DNA of 63,095 nucleotides, the filler included, from Reclinomonas americana ATCC 50394 (Eukaryota): NCBI GenBank assembly GCA_048213135.1. It is 9 parts of 3 records of this genome, joined end to end, with 100 filler letters (N's around TTAATTAATTAA, not from the genome) between each part and the next. Parts side by side here need not be neighbours in the genome. Positions count along the whole stretch, not along the records: positions 1 to 20,225 come from PS015074.1; positions 20,326 to 26,806 come from PS015074.1; 7 more parts are not named here. The stretch is one strand, 5' to 3'. The position numbers were made by a program, and so were the translations under genes. Positions 12,330 through 24,878 of the stretch are shown here, in pieces. Position 1 is the first letter of the stretch; each line of letters starts with the position of its first letter. The notes beneath the pieces are model-generated. The model saw only the letters and a list, made by a program, of their open reading frames with translations, was not told the origin of the DNA and made no database searches.

Positions 12330-14790
12330 TCAGCAAGAGAAATCGCTCTCCAGGGAGCGACACACCGACGCGCGCGGAGTAACCACTCCGCAGCGCACTA
12401 CTGGTCCGCGAGGCGTGGTGCACTCGCTAGTTGAGGATTTTTTCGTGTTGGTAATCATGGCATTCTGCGTGCGTTTGTTTGAGTGAGAAACTGGTGTCGA
12501 ATTGCAGGGAGGGTGAGCCACACACGCAACATCCAGGACGCCGAGGAACTCAGACATGCTGCGGAAGAAGCGCTCCGATTCGAACTTATCGCGCGCCTGC
12601 TGCAGCGTCTTGAATTCGCCAAAGTAGAGAGCCAGTGCCGCCACGTCGTCCATGGCGCGGACGACCGTAGTCTGCACGGTGTGGAAGACGGGCTCGGCAA
12701 AGTCGAGGAACTCGCGCATACGCTCGCCCAAGCGGCACTCGTCGTTGTGCTTGGTACGCGGCGTGCGCAGTTCGAAAGCATCGTTGTTGTGCGGTGATGC
12801 GGTGGCCACCGTGCGCAGCGTGTGGCGCACGAGGCTCATGCCAGCCGTCATGGCCGCCACCTCGGCATTCAAGGCCGACATGTTGACGGTGGAAGCCAGA
12901 GGCACGTGGGCCAGATCTGCGCGCAGTTCCAGCACCGAGACGTCGTGCTGTAAAAAGGGAGGTGGGTGAGTCGGTGGGTGGATGGAGCGAGAGAGTGCGT
13001 GGGATGAGGAAGGCACTTGCCTCACGGAAGTGCTGCACGAGGAAGGTGGGCAGGTCGACGCCTCCCAAGCCCTCGACGCTCTTCAACTGTGTGTACAAAG
13101 GAGAGATGAGTGTGTGATGAAGGCGCGGGTGCACACAAAGGCAGACAAGGGACGCACTTCCTTGAGCGACTCGAGCTTGAGGCCGGAGGCGTTGCGGCGG
13201 AAGGCGGAACCTTGCTGGTTCATGTAGTTGGACACAGCGAGAATCACTGCGAGGAGGCAAGGCAAGGGTGAGTGGTGGTGAACAGAGCAATCGAAAAGAG
13301 GCATGGGGACGAACGCTTCANNNNNNNNNNNNNNNNNNNNNNNNNNNNNNNNNNNNNNNNNNNNNNNNNNNNNNNNNNNNNNNNNNNNNNNNNNNNNNNN
13401 NNNNNNNNNNNNNNNNNNNNNNNNNNNNNNNNNNNNNNNNNNNNNNNNNNNNNNNNNNNNNNNNNNNNNNNNNNNNNNNNNNNNNNNNNNNNNNNNNNNN
13501 NNNNNNNNNNNNNNNNNNNNNNNNNNNNNNNNNNNNNNNNNNNNNNNNNNNNNNNNNNNNNNNNNNNNNNNNNNNNNNNNNNNNNNNNNNNNNNNNNNNN
13601 NNNNNNNNNNNNNNNNNNNNNNNNNNNNNNNNNNNNNNNNNNNNNNNNNNNNNNNNNNNNNNNNNNNNNNNNNNNNNNNNNNNNNNNNNNNNNNNNNNNN
13701 NNNNNNNNNNNNNNNNNNNNNNNNNNNNNNNNNNNNNNNNNNNNNNNNNNNNNNNNNNNNNNNNNNNNNNNNNNNNNNNNNNNNNNNNNNNNNNNNNNNN
13801 NNNNNNNNNNNNNNNNNNNNNNNNNNNNNNNNNNNNNNNNNNNNNNNNNNNNNNNNNNNNNNNNNNNNNNNNNNNNNNNNNNNNNNNNNNNNNNNNNNNN
13901 NNNNNNNNNNNNNNNNNNNNNNNNNNNNNNNNNNNNNNNNNNNNNNNNNNNNNNNNNNNNNNNNNNNNNNNNNNNNNNNNNNNNNNNNNNNNNNNNNNNN
14001 NNNNNNNNNNNNNNNNNNNNNNNNNNNNNNNNNNNNNNNNNNNNNNNNNNNNNNNNNNNNNNNNNNNNNNNNNNNNNNNNNNNNNNNNNNNNNNNNNNNN
14101 NNNNNNNNNNNNNNNNNNNNNNNNNNNNNNNNNNNNNNNNNNNNNNNNNNNNNNNNNNNNNNNNNNNNNNNNNNNNNNNNNNNNNNNNNNNNNNNNNNNN
14201 NNNNNNNNNNNNNNNNNNNNNNNNNNNNNNNNNNNNNNNNNNNNNNNNNNNNNNNNNNNNNNNNNNNNNNNNNNNNNNNNNNNGGAACTCGCGAAGCTTG
14301 GCGCTGGCACGCATCTCTGAGCAAGCAGCAAGCATGATTTCCGCGTGCTGGTGTTGATCGAGAGAGAGAGAGAGGTGAGCATTGCAGTTGGACGACAAGA
14401 GAGTTCCACGACTGCACACACAAACCTGCTTGACGTGCGCGACCTGCGACTCGAAGGCATTGATAAACTGCCAGCACTTGAGACGGGCCGACAGTTGGGG
14501 CACGTCGGAGACGGTGGCGATCCACTTTTCGGCCGACTCGAGCTCGGCGTGCGATCCAAACTGCGTCACCAGCAATGTCTGCGATGCCATACACAAGAAA
14601 GTGAGTACTAGAGCAGGGGAACAAGCAATGCACGATGTAGAATAAACCTCTTCATCGGTGGGCAGGATCTTGAGCAGCGAGTCCACGGCGCGCTCGTCAA
14701 GCACCGTGTCGTCCATGCGCATAATGGCATTGCGGAGGTCGGCCAGCGTGCGATTCTTCAGCAGCGGCAACAGCACAATGCCTGCGTGTA
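12330..14790 (-). CDS. Formin FH2-domain protein (divergent; internal N gap)
   Basis: AIMRMDDTVLDERAVDSLLKILPTDEE; AEKWI...VPQLSARLKCWQF; VILAVSNYMN...NASGLKLESL; ALYFGE...FFRSMSEFL follow the FH2 motif order. Confidence 0.8.
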
Positions 14791-14811
14791 TNNNNNNNNN
14801 NNNNNNNNNNN

Positions 14812-15587
14812 TGACCAGCGGCAACATGGGCACAGCGGCCGGTCGAGTGCTTGCAGCAATCTCCACGACAGGCGACAAGACAGCACTCAGATCGTTGTCT
14901 GCATCGCTGTCCATGGACCGCGGACTAATCGGCGACGACGATGAAGACATGATCGGGCTCGACTTGAGCGGACTTGTGGCTTTGGCGCCGGATGTGGGCA
15001 TGGCGGCAAACGTCAGCAGCGTGGTGCGGCGCGGGCGATTGCGGAGTCGCGCGTGCGCCGTGGCCGTCTTCGTAGGACGCTCATTGTTGCTCTCGCTGTT
15101 GCGGCGGCGCAGCGAGGACACCAGCGGACCGCTGCTCGCGTCACTGTGCATGCATGAAATGCAAATGAGTTGACAAGTCGCGATTGACAAACAGACAAGT
15201 CGTGACGCACAATGCAGCAGCTGCTGATGATGCTGTTGCCGTTGTTGGTGTTGGCACTGCAGCTGCAGCAGCGGTGATTGGTGCTGCAGTAGTGGCGGCG
15301 ACTGCAGTGCACCAGTCAGTCAATGAGTCAGCGGGCGCGTGTGTGTCGCGTGCCTCCCTACTTCTCATACCTCCACGACGTCTGCGTCTTCTTGAGCGAC
15401 GCGACGAGACAAAGAGCAGCGAGTAGAACGAGACAAAGAAGCGGAGGGAGGCGTGTGCAAAGCGCACGAGGACGCCTGCAGGGCGCTTGCGCTTGGGGCG
15501 GCCGAGGCGAGGCCAGAGCAGGGTGCAGGCGGCAATGAGCACACCGGAGCACACGAGCAGCCAGGCGATGGTGGTTTGCGTGAACAT
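14812..15587 (-). CDS. N-terminal exons with signal-anchor/TM helix and Ser-rich region; possibly the 5' end of the formin
   Basis: MFTQTTIAWLLVCSGVLIAACTLLWPRLGRPKRKR (hydrophobic helix followed by a basic stretch). Separated from the FH2 exons by a 20-N gap. Confidence 0.4.
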
Positions 15588-16119
15588 ATTGGAGTAACAA
15601 AAGACGGTGAAGAGAGAGGGAGGGAGAGAGCACAGACTAGGTGATGAATGCTGTGGTGGTTTTCTCTCGCGAAATGAAGCAAAAGGCACGCGTAAAAACG
15701 GACACGCGCGGAGAAATGCATGCGCAGCGTGCATTGTTACAAGTGGTGACACCGATAGTACTACTGCACGTGATGCGCACATACACACAGTGAACTATTC
15801 CCACTTCTGCAGCTCGCATGTCGGCGTGCAGTTTTGCACAAGAAACGAATCGAATTCGAATTCGAAGTTCGAATCCGTTTTGCAAAGCTTCGTCTTGGAC
15901 TTTGAGTTGGTGTTGGTGCGAGGCACGGAGGGGAAGCCTCGAGAGTGGAGACTAGTGCATCCTTCACCCTGGATCGCAACTGAAACTTCGCGTCCTTACA
16001 ATTGCATTGACGCTGCACTGCTTTGCTTCATGAACACGGTGGAGGAGGTGCAGCATGCTGCAGCGCAGCTGTTGCTGACCTCAAGAAACACGAACTCGCT
16101 TAGCTCTCTCTCTCTCTCT

Positions 16120-19032
16120 CTAATAGTTATCCTCGTTGGCCAGATGATTGAGAATGTCGGCCAAGTCATCCATCGAAAAGCGCACACGCAGCCGCGGTCG
16201 CGGTGCCGCCACTCTCCGCAGCGTGCTCTCCAGGTGCACTTGCAGTTGCCGCTGCTCACTAATGGCCACTGCAACGTGCTCACCTGCTGCTGCTGCTGAC
16301 GACGTCCGCCCGCCACCCGCGAAGGCCGCCATTGCTCGTTTGCGCTGTCGATCGGCGGTAAAGCGCTGCGTCTCGACGTCGGCCAGAGCCTTGCGCTGCA
16401 CACACCATTGCTGCAGGCGAGCCACGTGTTCTCGTCGAATCGAGCGCAGTTTCTTCCGAATGGCGCTCTCCACGTCGGCCCTGCGCAGCGATGTGTGAGC
16501 GTCATGATGCGCGGAGGAGCAACACAGCGTGGAACTCACGGATTGTACTTGTGCACTGGGGGATCGGCAGAGACCAGCTTGGAGCGGAACACGGCCAGCA
16601 TCTGTTCGGTCCACTGCAGGCGTCGGAGAAGGATGGCGAGCGATGTTGCCTGGCACTCGGCGACCCACTGCTCGTTGCCAGCGGCCGCGGAGACCGAAAG
16701 CAAGTCGAGGTCCGCCGGCTCATCGTCGTCGATTCCCGGCCGGCGTCGTGTCGGTCTCTTGGTGCTGGCCGACGGGCGGGCGAGGTAGTGCCGTGACGAC
16801 TTGAACAGCGCCATGAGCAGCGTGCGCACGTATCTGCTATTGCCGTCCACCTGTGCGCGTACGCTGCCGATGAAACGGCGGGCTAGGCGCTGTGCGCGCG
16901 TCACCAACTCGCGGTACCAGCGCATGGCAATGGCGAAGCGCGACCGGTGTGTCAGCTGCCGCATGACGGCACACAACAACTGGCCCGCCGCTCTCTTCTG
17001 TGCCTCGATGGCGGTGCCTGTCGGCATCACTGCCGCAGGCTTGCCTGCAGCTGTGCCTGCAAACAGCACCGATGCCTTCATCGCCGGCCACAGCGTGGCG
17101 TGCAGTCGCGCGACGCCGCGCCGTATGGCCGCCTCCGTCTTGTGCTCGTGCAACACCTCCTGCATTCCGCAACGCAGCAGCTCGAGGCGAGACGCGGTCG
17201 CCACCACCACCAGCCACGTTCGAATGTGCGGTCGCAGCGAAACCGACTGCCGCCGCTGCTCCACAATCACCTCGGCCTGCTGCCGCCGCTGCTCGGCCAC
17301 CTGCGCCTCCTCCCGCACGTGTTCCATCTTTTGGGCAAAGCGAATCTCGCGCTGCTCCATGTGCTGCGTGATGCTCTGGCGCAATCGACTGCCCTGCTCG
17401 TCGATGCGCTGCAGGCGACGCTGCGGGTGGGCCTCCTTTAACGTCGCCGCCACTCGCTGCTGCACGGAAACCTCTTGATCGCGCGCTGACGCCAGCGACT
17501 GCCGGCGCTCCTCGCGTTTCTCTTGTAATATGCCAGCTGCATGCATCGAGGTGAGGACGAGTGAGCCACGCAGCGGTCGTCTCATGATGCTCACCAACAC
17601 GCTGATCCAGAGCCGCCGCGGCAAACTTGTCTTGCTGGAGAATCCTCATGCGCTCTTGAATACGCTCCGCTGTGGATGGCCGCCGAAGCGAGCGACGAGA
17701 GGGGACTTCTGTCGTCGGTGCGGCGAGGGCGGCAAGTCGACCGCCTGCATCTGCTGCGTCGTCCACTTTTGGCAGGCTGCTGCTCACCGCCTGCGCCACC
17801 ACTGCGGTGCTCTCTGTCGTGCGCGTCTGCACGGCCAAGCCGACAATGGAGCTGCGGCGTCGTGCCGCTGGTCCTACCCCGCCCTGTTGTTGTTGTTGTT
17901 GTGGTTGCTGTTGGGGATCTGCAGTGGCGTGCAGTGCCGGCAGGTACGACTGCGGCGAGTGGACTCCGAGGCTGAACTCCTCCAGAATGCCCATGGTGGC
18001 CGTCACTCGCTCTACATACACGCATTGGTGAGACGAGAACGCAGCGGTGCCTTATCGCCAGACAACTCACCAATCGTGTCAGCAATCTCGCGTGCCGTGC
18101 TCTGCGCCGAGCTCGAACCACCGGTGGCGCCGCCAGCCGTGGCCGTGGCCGAGGTCGCGATGGGCGCTGTCGGTGGCAGGTCGGCCGAGGATCGCAGCGG
18201 ACGACGAGCCGGCGCCACCACCGCAGCTGCTGCGGGTACATCATCTCCATCGCACGAATCGCCGGTACCAGTGAATGGCAGGCTGTCGAGACTCATGTGT
18301 GGTATGGAGGCGCGTGCCGACCTGGATGAACCGGTGAGAATCGACATGAGGTCCACATCGCGGCTGGAGCTGCGGCGTCGCAAGGTCAAGTGCCCCGCCG
18401 CCACGCTCGTCCGATTGCGAGCCGGTGCCACGAGCGTCGATTTCGTGCTGACGGGCGTGGAGCGCGCCGACGACGATAGCAAGTCGGGCAGCACGGTGCT
18501 GCTGGCCTTGCGGGTGACACTCTCTGCACGACTGGCAATGGGAGTGGGCGACACGCTTTGCGAGCGCATGGCATCTCGCGCCAGTGCCAGCGACGATACT
18601 CGAACACGGCTGCTGCGTCTTCCGCTGCCGTTCAACAGATCTGCACATGCAAAGGGCGGTCACTTGCACCGTACAATGCACTCTTGTGTGTGCGAGCGGG
18701 GTGAGAACGAGTGTACCACGCACCTGCGGGGTCAATATCGAGCAAGTCGGCTGCGGCCTGGACCAGGCGCTTTTCGTTTCGATCGCGCGCGTGGCCGTTG
18801 TGCATGTCGCCATCGCCATCGTCAGGCTCTGGGTTGTCATCGTCGCTGTCGTCGTTGCCGTACACAAAGGGAGTTATCTGGGCGTGAAGGTATGTGTGTG
18901 AGGGGAGAAGGCGGAGAGGAGAGAGAGAGCAAAGTGAAGCTGAGCCGGTTGTGTGCACTCTCTCACCACGTCAGACTGGTGTCGCCTCCGCAAGGAGCGG
19001 GCACGTGGCCATCGCTCTTCAAGCACCGACAT
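16120..19032 (-). CDS. Hypothetical multi-exon protein with Ser/Arg-rich N-terminus, coiled coil and IQ-like motif
   Basis: Long coding-like ORF segments separated by short introns; IQ-like LVTRAQRLARRFI; last exon ends NEDNY-stop at 16120. Start position uncertain. Confidence 0.5.
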
Positions 19033-19299
19033 GATCAGTAGAGGAGAAGAGATGCTGCTGCTGCTGCACACCAGGAGAGTGCGGTGTGAGTGTGTGTTTG
19101 TGGAGAGTGAAATGCCGACCAATCCGGACGCAACAGCTGGTGTGTCCTTATCGTGTTTAAGCTGTCCACCTGGGTTGCGCAATGCTGCGTGAGTGCCGTG
19201 TGCACACACTGTACTTTGTCGCCACACGCTAGTTCTCCACCAAACCAAACAATCGTTCTGCTCTGAAAACACGGGTGCCGGCAACAAACGGCCAAATCA

Positions 19300-19620
19300 T
19301 GCTCACCAAAATTGGGTATTGGGTCAAACCGGCCAATGGCTTTTCCCCCTCCTCCCACAACAATTGATTGGTGCGGTGGTTGATTGGAAGAGATGCGCTG
19401 AGTGCGCGCAGGGACCAGCAGCAGCGTTGGGTGGCGACACTAACAAAGGGAATGTGACAAGTTTTGCAACGGCTCAATGTAATTTTTATCAATCACCTTC
19501 GAACACTCAAGCGAGTGCCCTGCGTGTCCCCCCAAGGTAGGAGACTCGTGAACCTCGCGCGCATACTACCAGGTCACGAAACCCACAAGCCCGATTGGTT
19601 TGTGAAGAGACAAAGCCGAC
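19300..19620. promoter_or_regulatory. Candidate divergent promoter with clustered CCAAT/ATTGG boxes
   Basis: Lower-GC intergenic stretch between divergent starts (19032 minus, 19819 plus), with CCAAT near 19333 and ATTGG near 19320, 19366, 19383 and 19594. Confidence 0.3.
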
Positions 19621-19818
19621 GATATTGATATCGATAACTTCGATCTTCTGATGTTGCACTGGTACCGTGTCACTTCAGCAGAGAAACAAACCAAAATGGA
19701 ATCTCATCTTCCGTCTCTACACCACGCACGCCAACACGCAATATCAAACGACGTCGTGCGATTCCTTTTCATTTGTGATTGCCCCGGTCGCAGCGGACAT
19801 GATTGTGCGCTCGGAAAG

Positions 19819-20433
19819 ATGATCGCGCGCCAAACGCTTCTCCTCCTGCTCGTCCTTCTCGGACTGGCCGCGGTGGCACTTGGTGAGCAACAAGAGAGAA
19901 GAGAGAGGAGAGAGAGAAGAGAGAGAGAACAACGAGAGAGAGAAGATTCGGAGTGAAGACGCAGACAGTGAGACAGACAGGAAAGCAACAAGGCTGTGTG
20001 TGCGTGTGTGCTTGTGTGTGTGTGTACCCTCCCCCTCACACACACACTCTCCCCATCACAGCCGCTCGTCGCGTTCACCTCGACGAGTACTTCTCCTCCT
20101 CCTCTTCTGCCTCTCTGCTCTCCGACAACGAGCACGACCAGCATGCACGCACCGAGTGGCTCCAACAACAACGCCACGCCACACAAGTCTACTCCTCCAT
20201 CCGCGCAAAAGTCGCCTCCTCCGCCNNNNNNNNNNNNNNNNNNNNNNNNNNNNNNNNNNNNNNNNNNNNTTAATTAATTAANNNNNNNNNNNNNNNNNNN
20301 NNNNNNNNNNNNNNNNNNNNNNNNNTGTTCCATCAGGGGGACTCAACTTTCACTTTTTCCGGCCTTCTCTTGGCAAGTACGGGGCGTTTCAGTGGCTGTG
20401 GGACGATGGATCGCACATGATCTCTTGGTGTGT

Positions 20434-20471
<38 letters not shown>

Positions 20472-22065
20472 CTCTGTGTCATTCTTCCGGCGCCACATGC
20501 TCATTTGTTGCACAGGTCGCACCGTAATGTGACCAACTCGATCCTCTCCATGCGCACCATGCTGCAGATGCAGCAGCCCGACGGGTGAGCACACTGTCGC
20601 TGGAGACACGCCGATCATCCACCTGCTCACTTCTATTCAGACGCATTCCGGAGATCATCTTCTGGGGACCGCAGAGTCGCGAGTTGATCATTGAGGATGA
20701 TTTGCAGTATGGCAACGACAAGATGACGCCGCTGACGCAAATGCCGGTGTTGGCGTTCTCGCTGCGTGCCATTCTCAATGCCACCGCCGAGAACCCGTCC
20801 ATGCAGCAGCAGCTGGCGCGCGAGTTCCTGTATCCGCTGGTGCGCTATTGGCGCTGGTGGAAGAGTTGCGTCGCAGGCGTCTCTCTGCCTCTCTTTTTCT
20901 GCTGTTGCTGATTCTCTCTCCCTCTCCACAGCGACGCGTGATGTAGACGGCGACGGCCTCGTTTCCATTTTGCACTCGTGGGAGAGCGGTCTCGATGCGT
21001 CGCCACTGTACGATCCGGCGTACAATGTGCGCAACCCAAAGCCGACGCTGCTGGAGCTGTACCCGAAGTTTGTCGAGCTGTGCGTCGACTACACCATGCG
21101 GTATCATTGGGACCAGCACGAGATCCTGCACCGCACCAAGGCGCCTTTTGATTTGATTGACGGGTGGTTTGTGGTGAAGGATGTGGGCGTGAATGCAGTC
21201 TACGCTGCCGGCTGGGGAGTGCTGGCGGAGGTGGCCAAGTTTGTGGGCGACTCGACCACGTACGCCGAGTGCAAGGCTGCGCAGGTCGGTTGCTCTTCAT
21301 CATCATCATCACCGCCTGCTTTCTCACACTTGAGTGTCGGCGTAGGGCGTCGCGGAGCAGGCCATTATCAAAAAGTGCTGGGACCCGCAGCTGAAGCGCT
21401 TCATCTCGCTGTACCGCGCCAAGGACGGTTCGGAGGCACGCTCGAACGTGGAGGCCGTGCAGTCGCTCTTCCCGCTCATGCTGGAGAGCCTGCCGCAGGA
21501 CATTCAGGGTGCGTGCACTCACGCGTTTTCAAGAGTAATCCGCGCAGATCACTCACTCACTTGCCTCGCTGGAGCAGACTCAATTGTGCACTCACAAATC
21601 ACCAACCCCGCCAAGTTCTGGCGCCGCTTCCCGCTGCCGAGTGTTTCGGCCGACACGGCCGAGTTCCAGCCCGTGTTCACCATTGACTTGATGTGGCGTG
21701 GGCCTGTGTGGTACGTGTCTCTCACTCCCTCTCTCCTTCCTTTCCGTGTCGCTTGTCTCAAAAACCACGTGCCGAAACAGGGGCTTCCCCAACTGGTTTG
21801 TGATGGAAGTTGCGTTCTCACTCCTGTGCCATCCATGCTTCCTCCTCTCCTTCTCTCTTTCTCAATCACTTCGCCTGTTCAGGGCCTGGTGCGGCACGGC
21901 TACACGGACGTGGCAAACGAGTTCATGGACCGCTGGCTGTCGCTGTACGAGCTGTCGGGTGTGTCGGAGCAGTACAATCCCGACACTGGCGCACCGTACG
22001 GACCCGAGGGTCTCGGTATGAGCTCCCTCATCACCGACTGGCTCTATCGCCTGCATCGCGTGTAG
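19819..22065 (+). CDS. Secreted MGH1-like (GH63-related) glycoside hydrolase; spans a linker gap
   Basis: Signal peptide MIARQTLLLLLVLLGLAAVAL; YGAFQWLWDDGSH; QQPDGRIPE; RDVDGDGLVSILHSWESGLDASP; MWRGPVWGFPNWFVMEGLVRHGY; SEQYNPDTGAPYG. The link of the signal-peptide exons to the catalytic part across 20226-20325 is inferred. Confidence 0.8.
20270..20281. other. Artificial contig linker TTAATTAATTAA (also at 26851, 30304, 35366, 39156, 44079, 52230, 61604)
   Basis: Identical 12-mer with stops in all six frames, always centred in an approximately 100-nt N-padded block. Confidence 0.97.
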
Positions 22066-22142
22066 TGTGTGCCGTCGGCAGCGCAAGCTTTGCTCATGTA
22101 CAAATCCTAGTCTTGCCTATATTGCTTCTCTTCTCCATTTTA

Positions 22143-22360
22143 CTACACAGCATTAGTGGGTGATGTGGGCGCCTCCGTGCTCTTCGCAGGCGCATGACCG
22201 AGCAGTGATCTGCTCTCGTCGGCGGCGCTAGCGGCCTGCCGCCGCCGTGCGGCCGCTGCTCTCCTCTCGCCGCCCCTTCTCTTCTTGCTGTTGATGCCGC
22301 CGGCAAAGTCCTCCACTGCCTCGGCCGCATCGTCGCCATCGGCACCGTCACCGTCGACAC

Positions 22361-22393
<33 letters not shown>

Positions 22394-23697
22394 TAAAGGG
22401 CGATCCAGGGCCGGTGGCGGTGACTGCGTTGCCACCGAGAGTGGCCTGTGACAGCAGCTCCTGCTGCTGCTTGGCACGTCGCGCATCGACACGTTTCGCC
22501 CACATGGTGACGAGCAGGCCACTGACCACCAGAAGGCCGCCGAGAATCTGCGGCCAGCGAATGGTTGTGTGCAGCACAATCACCGACAGAATGGCGGTGC
22601 CGACCGGCTGCATCGTCCACCACGACGACACGGTGGAGGCCTCCACACGCTGCGAGGCCCAGCTAATGGCCACATACGTGAAACAGGTGGCCACCAACGT
22701 GGCGTACAGAAGGGCCAGCCACGTCTCCGTATCGAAACCGTGCGACCAAAAGTCATTGTTGCCAAAGCGCGGCGACGCCGCAATCAGCGTTAGCACCGCT
22801 CCCGTGCTATAGTACCAAAACGTGACCGTGGTCGGCGGCATGAGCTGCAACGGTCGCCGCTGCGTGACCAGCAGCGCCGACATGGACAGGCACTGCCCGA
22901 CCAGGATCACATTGCCGAGCACGGGATTGGAGGCCTGACTCGAGCCGCTCTCCGACGAGAACACGGACACGACCACGGCCCCACCTGTCGACAGCACCAC
23001 TCCCAGCGCCTTGAGCCACGAGAATCGCTCCTGTCGCAACAGCACCGACAACACGGTCGCAAACACCGGAATCGTCGGCTGCATGACGGCCGCGTTGAAG
23101 GCCGTCGTGTACGTGAGCGCAATGATGAAGCCGACGACGTTGCCGAAGCTGAAGAAGCCACAGAGGAGAATCCACAACCAACCAGCTCTGTGCGCGCCAC
23201 AAGGCGATGAGAGGCCAGACGATCATAACAAGTCTGCGTGCCAAGATGCATCTACCTTCCAATGAAGCGCGTGGGAATGCGTGGTGGTGGTGCTCGCCGG
23301 TCAATGATCAGCGACATGATGAGAAGCACGAAGCCTCCAAGGAACTCGCGATACATGGCGAACGAGAGAGGATCGACACCTGTGAACGATGCATGAGAGG
23401 AGGAGAGAGGGAGAGAGTGAGACTGGGGTGACAGCACCAGCATTGAGTGCGACTTTGCCGAGAACGTGCTGTGTTTACACAACGAGTGAGTGCGTGCGTG
23501 AGTGCACAGTGAGAGGAGCTCGAGGGCACCACTCACGAATCCAGCGAATGCAAACTGTGTGAGTGTGTGTGTCAGTTGTGTGCGCGTAAGAGACCAGTGT
23601 GAGGGGGCATGGAGACCTGTACAAGCAGGAGCACCACGTGGACGAGCACCGTGGCGCCCACTGACATGCCCTCGCCCTTGCTCGACGGCGCAGTCAT
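22143..23697 (-). CDS. EamA/DMT transporter, WAT1/UMAMIT-like (copy 1)
   Basis: Exons splice to ...LLVQFAFAGFHVLGKVALNAGVDPLSFAMYRE...; MQPTIPVFATVLSVLLRQERFSWLKALG; MQPVGTAILS. About 10 TM helices. Confidence 0.85.
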
Positions 23698-23727
23698 GTC
23701 GGAGAAACAAAAAGAGGACAGAGAAGT

Positions 23728-24692
23728 TCACTTGTGCTCCTCTCCCTCAGGGTCGTGCCACCGCACCGCCACACTGCGCATCTCGCCATTGGCAAACCAC
23801 TCACGCAGCCGCTCATCGCGCGTCTCCATCACCGAATTGAAGAGCGCCAGCAACCACGAGCTGTGCGTAAAGACCGCGACGTGCCTCTCCACCTGCTCCC
23901 GCAGCAGCCAGCGCATAAAGTCAAAGCCCCGCTGCGCCAGCTGCCGCTTACTCTCGCGCTCGTCCTCACGAAAGTACGAGTCCTCGTCGCCTTCCAGCTG
24001 CAACACAGGCGCGTAGTCGAGCTCGAGGCTATCGAAACCGTGAAACTCTGCCTGTGCCTCCGAGGCCGTCTGTCGCTTATCCGCGATCCCGACTCCGCTC
24101 TGCTCACGGCACCACGGATGCACGACAAAACGCGCACTGCGACGCGACCAGTCGCACGAGCGGTCGCGCAGGGAGCACCCGAGTGCCACAAGACCGGTCT
24201 GTGTCGCGCGTCGTAACGGGCTCAGCACGACGAGTTGCAGGCGATCGCGAAAGGCTTTCAGTGGGTCGCGAAGAGCAGCCGCCTGCGCGATGCCTACGTC
24301 GGTGAGCTCCTGTGTGGCGCGCAGTGAGACAAGCAGGCAGTGGAAAAGAGGGGAGAGGAGCTGGCTGACCGGGTCCAAGAACATGGCCTCGCGATACGGA
24401 TTGCCGGGTTTGCCGGCGGCCTTCCACTCCATGGCGAATCGATTGTGCACTGCCTCTCCATCTGTGTGGCAGCGTGTCAAGAAAGAGTGTCTTATCTGTG
24501 CCTTCTCTGTCACGCGCAACGTCTGACAAAGTGCACCAACTTGGTGCCATCGTCGCGCTGCAGCAGGCTGTCGGTGTCGCTCAGGTCGACCCACTCGGCC
24601 ACTATGCGCCCCTGTGAGCGGAACATGGAGGGGTCGATGCCGCTGAGCTCGGCGAGGTGGTCGGCGATCTCAGTCAGCATCATTTGTTGCAT
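23728..24692 (-). CDS. Histidine phosphatase / phosphoglycerate mutase-like protein
   Basis: Splicing 24520-24462 creates the catalytic VHFVRHGEAVHN; DPELTDVGIAQA; SPLRRATQT; VAVFTHSSWL; WFANGEMRS. Start uncertain. Confidence 0.85.
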
Positions 24693-24878
24693 GATTGCGT
24701 CGGAAAAAACAGAGAGAGAGAGCAAAAGGACAGGCGCAACTTCCACTGACGTGTGAGTATGTTACACTTTCCGCCGCCACCCGCCACCAAGACCGCATAT
24801 TAGTTACGATTACGCCTGTGGCAAAGAATTCGAAACGAAGCAAGCAAGAAAGGAGATTGCAATTGAGTGGGGTTCGGG

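Noticed and set aside
24462-24520. Idea that GTTGCG donors are really TT-starting introns or a TG/GT base-swap error
   Set aside because: Either would add one exonic base and frameshift RHGE, ISITPYFS and NCWKK. Only cleavage before the G keeps the frame.
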